A DNA stretch of 52,377 nt, taken from a virus. Below the pieces are notes generated by a model. It had not been told where the DNA came from, ran no database searches, and was given only the letters and a program-made list of their open reading frames with translations. The first letter of the stretch is position 1; each line of letters starts with the position of its first letter. Location: the IMG/VR virus record IMGVR_UViG_3300024239_000355, positions 1 to 52,377 of that record; one strand, written 5' to 3'. Below, in pieces: positions 27,409 to 38,030 of this stretch. The translations under genes were made by a program, and so were the position numbers.

Positions 27409-28070
27409 TACAGAACCCCTTCAATTGCTGATGCGAGTTGTTGTGGTCCCTTAATAATGATGTGTGCCATCAAATCTTTTGGGTCGTCGCACACGGGGTT
27501 GTCACCGATGTGGGTGATGGGATCGGGGCGTGGAACTGCCGTATGATACTGGTTTTGTACCATTTGAAAGAACTTGGGGTTTGGTTTGGCACAGCCGTGA
27601 AGGTCGGAAAACACATAAAACAAGAAATCCAAGCCTAACGACGACAGATGTTTCGCGAGGATTGGTCCAGTGATGAAATTGGTGTTGCTGGCGATACTAA
27701 ACGTATGCCCAGCCGCTTGGGCAGCCTTGATTACACGAATGGCATCAGCAAGGACGGTCGGCGGCATTTCACGGAATTTCTGCTCGAAAGCAGGGCGCAT
27801 TCCTGTGAGCATGTATGTCACGTGCGGGAACGGAATATGTAGTTGTTTGGAGTATTCAGCCACCAACATGACGTATACTTCATCGGTGCGATATGAAATG
27901 CCTTTTTCTTCGGCATCATTGTCCACACAGGTTTTGACCGAAGTGTAAATTTTCTTGGCGCGTGATGAATCAATGTCGAGACGTTCGGCTAAGAAATTTG
28001 TCCGCCATTTGGCATATTCGGGATTGGGAATGAAGAGGGTGTTCCAAATGTCCAGGGAGATATGTGCCAT
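27408..28070 (-). CDS. HAD-superfamily hydrolase
   Basis: SLDIWNTL, ASN, AKPNP and HIGDN motifs. Confidence 0.85.
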   Translation of the reverse strand: MAHISLDIWNTLFIPNPEYAKWRTNFLAERLDIDSSRAKKIYTSVKTCVDNDAEEKGISYRTDEVYVMLVAEYSKQLHIPFPHVTYMLTGMRPAFEQKFREMPPTVLADAIRVIKAAQAAGHTFSIASNTNFITGPILAKHLSSLGLDFLFYVFSDLHGCAKPNPKFFQMVQNQYHTAVPRPDPITHIGDNPVCDDPKDLMAHIIIKGPQQLASAIEGVL

Positions 28071-28199
28071 AATGCGTCCCGCCATGTATCGAATCGTTAT
28101 GTATCGTATACCCTTCAATCAGTCAAGTCATTTACTCGGTATGGGTGTATGAAATAGAAAAAGCCCGCCGTTTGGCGGGCTTTTCCTTGTTTGGTCTGA

Positions 28200-28664
28200 T
28201 TAGTTCAGAGCCGGGATCGAACTTGCCATGACGCCGAGAACGTTGGCGATCTGACGCGCCACGCGCTTTTCGCCGTCATCGAACTTGCCGTCCGCGCCGC
28301 CAATCACACAGGCGAGCAAAACGCAAGCTCGGGACTGCTCATCGTTCTTTCCGCTGATCGCCTTGATCCAGTTCCAGGCTTTCTCGGCGCCCATGGTGGC
28401 ATCGAAATCGAATTCTTCCGCCAGTTCATTAAAGGTGTTCAGCACCTTGGTGCGGGGGAACGCCTTCAAGGCGTCATTACGCTCGCAGAAGCCGAGCAGT
28501 TTCTTCTTTTCGTCGGCATCAACGTTGCCATCCGCCGATGAAATCAGGTACGCGGAGGCGATAGCCGCCTTCAGGAAATCGTCATTGACGAAACGGCTGA
28601 CCGAAGCGGTCAGGTCATTGACGGCGGCGCCCAACATGTCACCAATCTTACCGAACAGACCCAT
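28200..28664 (-). CDS. TerB-family protein
   Basis: SADGNVDADEK and GADGKFDDGEK repeats. Confidence 0.85.
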   Translation of the reverse strand: MGLFGKIGDMLGAAVNDLTASVSRFVNDDFLKAAIASAYLISSADGNVDADEKKKLLGFCERNDALKAFPRTKVLNTFNELAEEFDFDATMGAEKAWNWIKAISGKNDEQSRACVLLACVIGGADGKFDDGEKRVARQIANVLGVMASSIPALN

Positions 28665-28722
28665 TTGTTTAACTCCTAACGACAAAACTCATGGGGATGG
28701 ATATATCGGTATAGATTCTATG

Positions 28723-29331
28723 TCAAAGATTCGTTTGCGCCATCAGGGTATATTCCTTCCGAATAATCGGTGGGATGTATGCATTCAGCTTGGGGTGTTC
28801 GAGTATTTTCCGTTCGACCGGGCTATTTGGAAATTCACGACAAATTTCCGCCAACGTTTCAATTGCCTTCGGAGACATAATAATGCTAACAAGGTATTTT
28901 GAAAGATTTTTAACCCCGCCCGGAATGAATTCTTCTGCTTCAGCGAGGGCGGAATATTTATGACGGTACCCATCGGTTCGTTCAACCGAATGAAAATATT
29001 CGTATGGGTAAATCTTGTAGTGGTTTTGAAGCTTATTCCGATCTAGAACGATTATTGCTTTGCGTTTATGAAACGGCTGTTCATCACTGGTTTCAATATA
29101 GTCCCAGGTTAGTGCAAATATTGGATTGCGCGTGGTACTTACGCCCCATAATTGCTTATCTTCACAATCGGATGGTTTTTTGAACCCGACACTATTTACC
29201 GGGACATCTTGTTTTAGGAGTATTGATGTGCGTGGGGTGAGTTCATCCCCACATAGAATATTCATCAGCCGTTGAACGGTTGTTGCGTGATAAAGATGGG
29301 GCTTGGGGATGGTTAATTCGTAGATGAGCAT
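28723..29331 (-). CDS. ART-like late protein with MLIYEL leader
   Basis: LYHATT, VSTTRN and EAEE; TAAATA 4 nt upstream. Confidence 0.65.
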   Translation of the reverse strand: MLIYELTIPKPHLYHATTVQRLMNILCGDELTPRTSILLKQDVPVNSVGFKKPSDCEDKQLWGVSTTRNPIFALTWDYIETSDEQPFHKRKAIIVLDRNKLQNHYKIYPYEYFHSVERTDGYRHKYSALAEAEEFIPGGVKNLSKYLVSIIMSPKAIETLAEICREFPNSPVERKILEHPKLNAYIPPIIRKEYTLMAQTNL

Positions 29332-29373
29332 GATGTATTTATGAAGAAAGCCCGCCAATTGGCGGGCTTTCTC

Positions 29374-29652
29374 CTAGAGCTTAACCAGAACGATTTCGAC
29401 CAAAATGGTTTCGCGAAGCTCTTTGGTAAGGGCAACACGCTCTTCCTCGATGTGCGGGAACGCCTCGATCACTTCCGCCCATTCAGTGGTGTTGGCGGCA
29501 AACGCCAACTTGGCCGCTGATTTGGCGAACGTGATGAATTCGTCAGTCTTGGCAGCGAAGTCGGTTTGTGAAAGTACCGTTACCACGGCAGCACCCTTGT
29601 TCTGGGTAGTCGAATCTGAATGAATATATGTCTCAATGCGACCAGTGCGCAT
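29374..29652 (-). CDS. mini EF-Ts-like protein
   Basis: GRIETYIH...SQTDFAAKTDEF resembles the EF-Ts core ETDFVA motif; AGGAG Shine-Dalgarno. Confidence 0.7.
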   Translation of the reverse strand: MRTGRIETYIHSDSTTQNKGAAVVTVLSQTDFAAKTDEFITFAKSAAKLAFAANTTEWAEVIEAFPHIEEERVALTKELRETILVEIVLVKL

Positions 29653-29667
29653 GTTCTCTCTCCTATT

Positions 29668-29735
29668 TGGGGTACTGGGTAGTCACGAACCACCGTCTCG
29701 CTTGCGCGTGTCCTTCTCTGTTTGACGACAGCACC
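29668..29735 (-). ncRNA. anticodon-less tRNA-like RNA
   Basis: GGTGCTG/CAGTACC acceptor, TCGTC..GGAC D arm, CGC-GCAA-GCG in place of the anticodon arm, GGTGG-TTCGTGA-CTACC T arm, then CCA. Confidence 0.65.
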
Positions 29736-29737
29736 GG

Positions 29738-30571
29738 TTAAAATTTCATGTCCTCAATTGCCATGACCCATTTGGCGACATCGCAAGCATAGAAACCTGC
29801 GGAATTGATGCAGTTGATCTCGATGACCTTGGGTCCAAGATCGGTCAACGCGATGTCCAGGCAGAACGCCCGATCCGGCGACCACGTATCGACCATCTTC
29901 TGTGCATACGCCCAGATGTCCGGGTCGATGTTGGTGTCATGGATCACCCGATCCCCCAATTTGTACTGGGAGCCGGTGACGATCACACCATCCACCACAA
30001 AGAACCGGTACTCCCGATAGATATCCTTCAACGAAGATGCCATTACCATAGTGTCGGGAGTGACCGTAGCGAAACACGCCTGTTCACCCAAGACCACTAC
30101 GTTATGTTGCCAGTCGGCAAACTCTGTCTTGTCCATCACGCGACCGCTGAAGCTCTTGGTGTCCTCGCATGGGCGAATGAAGAACGCCTCCCAGGACGGC
30201 TTCATGTCGGTATACCGGCACACCACCGAGTCCGGGTTCAGCAGATTGTCACCGTAATGCTCCAACCAGCTTTCATACCGGAAATCAGCGTTCGAGAAAG
30301 CACCAGGGGTCCAACCCCGAGCCTTGGCCGCTTTGATCATCGTGGTCGCTCCACAGACCATGACGTGACCGCTCTCATCGATCACGGCATCAGGGGCAAG
30401 CATGATGTCCTTGTCTTTCCAGGCGAACGTATCGAAGTCGCCCGGAAGCAGCTTGCTCGTTGTCGGGACGACCTTGACAAAGGTGTGGGGGATGTCGAAC
30501 CGCTCCAACGTGTTGCAGAGCGCCGTATAGCCGTATTCCGAATACAAATCTTTTTGGACAACCCAGAACAT
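29738..30571 (-). CDS. ATP-grasp domain protein (R2K/DUF4343-like)
   Basis: FFIRPCEDTKSFSG, EYRFFVVDG and KVIEINCINSAGFY motifs. Confidence 0.8.
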   Translation of the reverse strand: MFWVVQKDLYSEYGYTALCNTLERFDIPHTFVKVVPTTSKLLPGDFDTFAWKDKDIMLAPDAVIDESGHVMVCGATTMIKAAKARGWTPGAFSNADFRYESWLEHYGDNLLNPDSVVCRYTDMKPSWEAFFIRPCEDTKSFSGRVMDKTEFADWQHNVVVLGEQACFATVTPDTMVMASSLKDIYREYRFFVVDGVIVTGSQYKLGDRVIHDTNIDPDIWAYAQKMVDTWSPDRAFCLDIALTDLGPKVIEINCINSAGFYACDVAKWVMAIEDMKF

Positions 30572-30683
30572 TATCTTATCCAGTCTAGCTGGATAAATAG
30601 ATGTGGTAATTGGGATGCGCCAACATCCCAAAACCCGCTCGGTGAACCGGGCTGTCCCACGTGTCTATTTATCGGTGAAAACT

Positions 30684-30782
30684 ATGAACTACCAGCATGT
30701 TTATGACGTTTTGATTCTGCGCGCCATCAACCGCCAGAAGCCCAGTGGGTATACAGAACGACATCATATTCTCCCTGAATAC
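30684..30782 (+). pseudogene. HNH endonuclease N-terminal remnant
   Basis: MNYQHVYDVLILRA...GYTERHHILP, after which similarity ends. Confidence 0.55.
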
Positions 30783-31030
30783 CGGCGCCCAACGACGGCA
30801 CGGGCTTGTTTGTGCATCAAGCCCGTCAAACGCCGGGTTAGCGCGCGTTCTTCTTCGGTAAGCATCCGTACCGGGGCTTCCGTTTGATTCTCGGCAGAAA
30901 GCTGTTGCAGCTTTTCTTCGATAGCCTTCATTTCCGCCTTGTCAGCGTCCGTAAAGTTCACGGTTTGTTCTCCCCGTGCTACCGCCCGCATTTCGGCTTC
31001 AAGATCACCCAGTGTACGTTTCATCATCAA
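30764..31030 (-). CDS. hypothetical coiled-coil protein
   Basis: GAGG Shine-Dalgarno. Confidence 0.55.
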   Translation of the reverse strand: MMMKRTLGDLEAEMRAVARGEQTVNFTDADKAEMKAIEEKLQQLSAENQTEAPVRMLTEEERALTRRLTGLMHKQARAVVGRRYSGRI

Positions 31031-31074
31031 ACCTCAGGAAGTGACCCGGAGATTAACGTCTCCGGGTCCATTTC

Positions 31075-31692
31075 TTACTCAGCGAACTCTTCCCACTTGT
31101 TCCCGAAAACCTGTTTCAATTTATCGAGATAGGCGCGGGTCTTGACCTTCGCCATCCAAAGCTGGTGTCCAGCACCACCCTTGGCAATCACACCTTCAGC
31201 GCCTTCAGGAACGAATTCGCCGTTTCGCACTCGCTCGATGAACTCTTTGTTGAAGTTGCCCTCGTAGACAACTTCCGCAGCGAATTCAAGATCACCGAAG
31301 TGATCAAGGAACTCTTTCGGTCCCAGGAACCCTTTTCGATGTAGCTGAACATCGAACACTCGGAGTTCCTTGGTTTCGCCCTCGACGTGAGTTCCGGCGA
31401 ACGAGGATGGTCCGAAAAACTCTGCGAACACCGTGGCTTGTTCGAGTTGTCGGAAGTCGTCCCGCAGTACCTTTTCAAGAGGCTCTGCATATTTGGACAT
31501 GAACAACGGGATTGCTTCACCCAGTTGATCATCCGACGCATCAATCAAACGAGTGCGACTTCCGAACTTGTGAAAGCCGCGCTTTTTGGTCCATTCGAAG
31601 CGCAGATTGGAACCATCATACTTGTGGAAAGCTACACATGGCTTTCCGAGCGGAGCGCGAGCCGCGCCCACGATACTTGGATACGATTTCAT
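31075..31692 (-). CDS. RNA-ligase-like nucleotidyltransferase
   Basis: HKYDGSN, FAEFFG, VFDV, EGVIAK and KVK motifs. Confidence 0.8.
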   Translation of the reverse strand: MKSYPSIVGAARAPLGKPCVAFHKYDGSNLRFEWTKKRGFHKFGSRTRLIDASDDQLGEAIPLFMSKYAEPLEKVLRDDFRQLEQATVFAEFFGPSSFAGTHVEGETKELRVFDVQLHRKGFLGPKEFLDHFGDLEFAAEVVYEGNFNKEFIERVRNGEFVPEGAEGVIAKGGAGHQLWMAKVKTRAYLDKLKQVFGNKWEEFAE

Positions 31693-31807
31693 TGTTTACC
31701 TTCTTTCGCATTTGGTTATTGGTCTTTGCGAAAGTACACACAATGATGACCATGGTAAGTCCCCCTAACGTTTAATGGATCGACCTAACTAAGCCGCGTC
31801 CGTATAA

Positions 31808-31884
31808 TGGTGCGCCTGACGGAATTCGAATCCGTGATCTTCGCCGTGACAGGGCGACGGGGACAGCCTCTCCCCTACAAGCGC
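31808..31884 (-). tRNA. tRNA-Asp(GTC)
   Basis: Cloverleaf, loop CTGTCAC, CCA. Confidence 0.85.
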
Positions 31885-31889
31885 ATAAT

Positions 31890-31967
31890 TGGCGACCCAT
31901 GTCGGTTTCGAACCGACCTGATTATTCGGGAGACAACCGAATGACCACCCAAGCAGTCCCATGGGCC
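31890..31967 (-). tRNA. tRNA-Asp(GTC) with T37
   Basis: Cloverleaf, loop TTGTCTC, GCCA. Confidence 0.85.
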
Positions 31968-32126
31968 ATCTTGCCGATCTTTGACCGACAAATTTACTAA
32001 CAAATACAACAACCTACGTCCCGTCTGCGTCGTGATCTTACCGATCTTATTACCGATCACGACACAGGTACATTCCTCTTTATTATCAACAGCTTATCAG
32101 TATTTTCTCTGATTAACTGCCGATGT

Positions 32127-32234
32127 TGGCGGTTCCGGCAAGGATTCGAACCTGCGATCTCCACCTGACGCGGTGGCGGGGACGACCAAGTGTTTTGTTC
32201 GGCGCCGAACTCACACCAACTCCCCTACGGAACC
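32127..32234 (-). tRNA. aberrant tRNA-Asp(GTC) with a hairpin inserted in the D loop
   Basis: GGTTCCG/CGGAACC acceptor, 6-nt loop GCGTCA, about 30-nt D-loop insert, GCCA. Confidence 0.65.
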
Positions 32235-32260
32235 TAACCCATTGATATACAAGGGAAAAT

Positions 32261-32340
32261 TGGCGACTCGTAGGGAATTCGAATCCCTCTGAATATCCGG
32301 AGTGACAATCCGGCGACCACACCTAGCAGTCCCACGAGCC
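32261..32340 (-). tRNA. tRNA-Asp(GTC)
   Basis: Cloverleaf, loop TTGTCAC, GCCA. Confidence 0.85.
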
Positions 32341-32514
32341 ATATTTCCAAAAACAAACTCAACAACCACCGTTTCAATGACTACGCTTTTACTCTTCCTC
32401 GAAACCATCGTCAACAAAAATTTTCAATTAAACCAAATATTTCTTCGAAGCTCTTCAACTTATACTTTAACAATACTTCTCCGTTACTGACTTCAAGTCA
32501 GACACGCAGGCAAT

Positions 32515-32590
32515 AAAAAAAGGTCGCTTCCATTTGGAGCGACCTTTATCCCAGAAACCGGGCAATAAAAAAGTCGCTCGGTGGCGACCT
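32515..32590 (-). terminator. tandem duplicated terminators upstream of the tRNA-Asp array
   Basis: AGGTCGC..GCGAC(C/T)-T-tract-ATTGCC twice. Confidence 0.8.
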
Positions 32591-32615
32591 TCTTACGACT
32601 ACGTGCGCAAGTTGA

Positions 32616-32675
32616 TCACCACGAGGTGGTATCCTCGTTGGTATCTCGGTCAGCGGTGTAAGCGCGCATGGTCAT
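32616..32675 (-). CDS. leader peptide MTMRAYTADRDTNEDTTSW
   Basis: AAGGA Shine-Dalgarno; 3 Asp and 5 Thr codons; TATAAATA at 32743-32750. Confidence 0.6.
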   Translation of the reverse strand: MTMRAYTADRDTNEDTTSW

Positions 32676-32770
32676 AACTTCATTCCTTCATTGTTGGGCG
32701 AGCCTGGGTAACAAACGGGTCCAGCAGCCATCGCCACAATCCTATTTATACAGAGAGCGCAAAAACGGTG

Positions 32771-33070
32771 TCAAATAGAATTTTTCAGTTGCGATTCGTG
32801 CATTGCCGACTGCTCACACCAAAACCGTTCGTTAGAACCTACCGTTCGGATAAATGGGTGAAATGCAACCATGGCATCAAACGGATATGTGGGAAGCAAC
32901 TTATGCCGTTCGTTTTCATTAACCAGAACGATCCAATTATCCATTACGCCATATGACGCAACCCCGACAATACATCCCCGAACGATGTTGTTTGGATCAC
33001 CTCCCATTGCAACTTCAACTGCTTCTCCATTCTCGAAGACGGGTTTGCCGCTTTCAATTTTCATGATCAC
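32771..33070 (-). CDS. hypothetical protein
   Basis: AAGGA Shine-Dalgarno. Confidence 0.6.
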   Translation of the reverse strand: MIMKIESGKPVFENGEAVEVAMGGDPNNIVRGCIVGVASYGVMDNWIVLVNENERHKLLPTYPFDAMVAFHPFIRTVGSNERFWCEQSAMHESQLKNSI

Positions 33071-33090
33071 TGCATCCTTGAGTTTAACGT

Positions 33091-33324
33091 TTAGACTTCA
33101 AATTCAGGAACGGGTCGGTCTATACAACGTTTTACTTGACGTTGTATCGCAACTGCAAGAACTTCAATTTCGTTCCGGGTCATGTGATCAAGGGGAACGG
33201 ACTTTATATGGGTACCGTCTACCTTGAAAATGATGATGTACTTCCCATCACTGATGATGTTCCGTACTTCAAAACAATCTATTATTGACCCTGGAAAGCC
33301 GGGAAATATTGCGTTCATGCTCAC
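33091..33324 (-). CDS. hypothetical protein
   Basis: Overlaps the stop codon of the upstream gene. Confidence 0.5.
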   Translation of the reverse strand: MSMNAIFPGFPGSIIDCFEVRNIISDGKYIIIFKVDGTHIKSVPLDHMTRNEIEVLAVAIQRQVKRCIDRPVPEFEV

Positions 33325-34424
33325 CGCGAATCATTAGGCAGCTTTGTGTAGTGCGTATTTAATCTCATTTTGTATTCTGTTTCCCATATCGAAATAACCG
33401 TATATCCATGCTTTTGCAACATTTGTTCCTTTTTTATGGTATTATCGTACAATTCACCGAACGTTTTTTTATTTCGTTGATTTATATCGTTTCGCGAATA
33501 AACTAATGGGTTGCCATGCCAGTAATCCCCATAATATTCGTATACAGTTTTAGTATGTGGGTCGTATCCATCCACTTTAACAGTCATTTGGGATAATTTT
33601 AGTGTTACTTGTCGATTTTCGTCGGTAATACCATTCATCCGCAACCATTCTAACTCATTTCTAGATGATCGATGATGGCAAAACGGACATCCATGATTTT
33701 GTAAATGATGGGATGGGCGTTGCGTGAAAACGCCATGTTTGCTGCATAATATTGTAACGGGTGTGTATGCATTCGTGTATTGCGTTGATGAATAATCATA
33801 TGTATCTCCGTGGACAGTACGAGCTTCTTTAATGAACTGCTCAGTCGTTTTTTGTGCTTTTTTAGAGCAAATTGGGCATCCAACTCCATGTAGATGGTTG
33901 GATGGGCGTTGTGTAAATATATGTCCTTTCTTACATATAATATTCACATCTGTATTATTATTCACATAAATGGTTGAGGAATAGTCATATGTACCTCCGT
34001 GGACGGCGTGAGCTTCTTTTATGAACTGCTCAGTCGTTTTCGGCAAATCTCCAAAACAATAAGGGCAACCGTGCCCCGATACATGATCATATGGTCTTTG
34101 TTCAAAAATATGATTGGTGTGTTTTATTTTAACTTTCGTTTTTTGATTTTTATATTCTGATAGAGAATAGTCATATGTATCTCCGTGAATGGCACGAGCT
34201 TCTTCAATAAATTGTTCTGTTGTTTTTGGCAAACTTCCGCCGCACATAGGACACCCAATACCCTGTAAGTGGGATGAGGGACGTTGTTCAAACTCGTGAC
34301 TGTGCTGGCATTTGAGTTTAACTTTTTGATGTACACCATTGTATACTACATTGGTGTAATCATATTTGTCTCCGTGAATGGCACGAGCTTCTTCAATGAA
34401 GTCTTCGCGTGTTTTACGTTTCAT
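33321..34424 (-). CDS. putative homing endonuclease: four DUF723-like Zn repeats plus C-terminal nuclease domain
   Basis: Repeat KTTEQFI.EAR..HG.TYDYS...F.QRP..HL...GCP.C four times; VDGYD..YEYYGDYWHG...IWE; AT-rich. Confidence 0.75.
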   Translation of the reverse strand: MKRKTREDFIEEARAIHGDKYDYTNVVYNGVHQKVKLKCQHSHEFEQRPSSHLQGIGCPMCGGSLPKTTEQFIEEARAIHGDTYDYSLSEYKNQKTKVKIKHTNHIFEQRPYDHVSGHGCPYCFGDLPKTTEQFIKEAHAVHGGTYDYSSTIYVNNNTDVNIICKKGHIFTQRPSNHLHGVGCPICSKKAQKTTEQFIKEARTVHGDTYDYSSTQYTNAYTPVTILCSKHGVFTQRPSHHLQNHGCPFCHHRSSRNELEWLRMNGITDENRQVTLKLSQMTVKVDGYDPHTKTVYEYYGDYWHGNPLVYSRNDINQRNKKTFGELYDNTIKKEQMLQKHGYTVISIWETEYKMRLNTHYTKLPNDSR

Positions 34425-34489
34425 ATCTGATACCTCGCAGTTGTATCAGTATTTAGTAACCATGTTAGTTTTACCAACCCTCGGATGGG

Positions 34490-35155
34490 TTAACAAAAGG
34501 AAACGGCGGCGTGTATTGCTTTTATTAGTTCTATTTGGCATCTGAGCATATGTTTCAAATTTTCATACGCCATTTCCTGTTCTGGAAACCGCCGCTGTGC
34601 TGTTTTAATCATAGGTAGGAAATATTTTTCCACCTCTTCAATGTATTGTACTTGTTTTTCGTGTTTGAATACACCGATCATACTAGATATATTATACGAA
34701 CGATCCGCAGGCTTGACAATACTGGCGCGGGGACATCCCGCCATTTCAGCGAAGAAAGTGTCGTAGTCCTTTTCAGGAAACCGTTGCATTTTGGACTTTT
34801 TCGACACCAAATATACCGACCGACCAATCGGGGCGCCATAATCACGGGAAACGTCTTCTTCCGTTACCGAATGGTCTTCAATATCGTCGTGCAGTAGGCT
34901 GGTGGTCAGGGTACCGGGGGCGTCGATTAGCGAACTGCTGATGGTACGGATGAACAGACAAACCCCAACCTGATGATCGGCTTTCGGGGTGATACCATCT
35001 TTCCGAAAACCGCTATTCCGTTGTGTCGTCTCTTCCAGTGCCTTGACCGTTTTGAAGTATTCAGGATCATCGGCGGCTTGACCCAACAGCCAATAACGGG
35101 TAGCGATCAAGCGTTTTTGGAATTTGAGGGCGGCAACGGCTTTCCGGTCTTCCAT
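34490..35155 (-). CDS. HD-domain hydrolase, RelA/SpoT-hydrolase (SAH/Mesh1)-like
   Basis: RKDG.TP...H, LLHDDIED and VKPADRSYN motifs. Confidence 0.75.
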   Translation of the reverse strand: MEDRKAVAALKFQKRLIATRYWLLGQAADDPEYFKTVKALEETTQRNSGFRKDGITPKADHQVGVCLFIRTISSSLIDAPGTLTTSLLHDDIEDHSVTEEDVSRDYGAPIGRSVYLVSKKSKMQRFPEKDYDTFFAEMAGCPRASIVKPADRSYNISSMIGVFKHEKQVQYIEEVEKYFLPMIKTAQRRFPEQEMAYENLKHMLRCQIELIKAIHAAVSFC

Positions 35156-35295
35156 GTCCGTTCTCCTTTCGAATCTCCTATAGGATGCATGTATTTTTTC
35201 GATTACGCAATATTGTTTCCTAAATTTTATTTTTACCCCACCCATTGACCCATATAACGAAACTGATATTCTAGATAGGTTTGGTGGAGGATTGA

Positions 35296-35589
35296 ATGGC
35301 AGTAACTTTTAAAACGAAAGCTCATCGTGGGCGTGCGCGTCAAGCGTATCGCCGTCGTGGGTATTCGCCGCACTTGAGCTATGCGCAATTGTTGCTGTAT
35401 TACATGCAGTTGATCTTGGAACTATACAACGGTGACAGCGGGTTGAGTTGTGTCAACCCCGACTTTTTCACCCAGGATGAATTGAATGCCCTACATGGGA
35501 TGGCGGTAATGGCTGCGGCACGGATACCCAAAACCGAACAGCAAGAAGTTCGTGGGTTTTTTGATTCGACCCGCCATGAGATTGATTAA
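35296..35589 (+). CDS. hypothetical protein
   Basis: GGAGG Shine-Dalgarno. Confidence 0.55.
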   Translation: MAVTFKTKAHRGRARQAYRRRGYSPHLSYAQLLLYYMQLILELYNGDSGLSCVNPDFFTQDELNALHGMAVMAAARIPKTEQQEVRGFFDSTRHEID

Positions 35590-35620
35590 AAAGGGGAGGG
35601 TTTTTACCCTCCCCTAATCA

Positions 35621-37848
<2,228 letters not shown>

Positions 37849-38030
37849 GCACAATCCTTTTGTACGAAAATCCGTGTGTCTCGTCCACCGCTTACAAATT
37901 ATGTAAGTTTGTGCGGACCCGGCTCGTGGATGGCAGGATTTTATGGAGGGACGATGGCTAAGATCAATAATTTAATTTAATATGAGTGCGTTGATTAAAT
38001 ACTTCATACACAGCGAAAGGTTTTCTTGTC

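Noticed and set aside
33600-34424. CRISPR-like direct repeats
   Set aside because: The repeats are in-frame protein domain repeats, not repeat-spacer units
37855-37980. CIRCE element for groESL
   Set aside because: No TTAGCACTC-N9-GAGTGCTAA match
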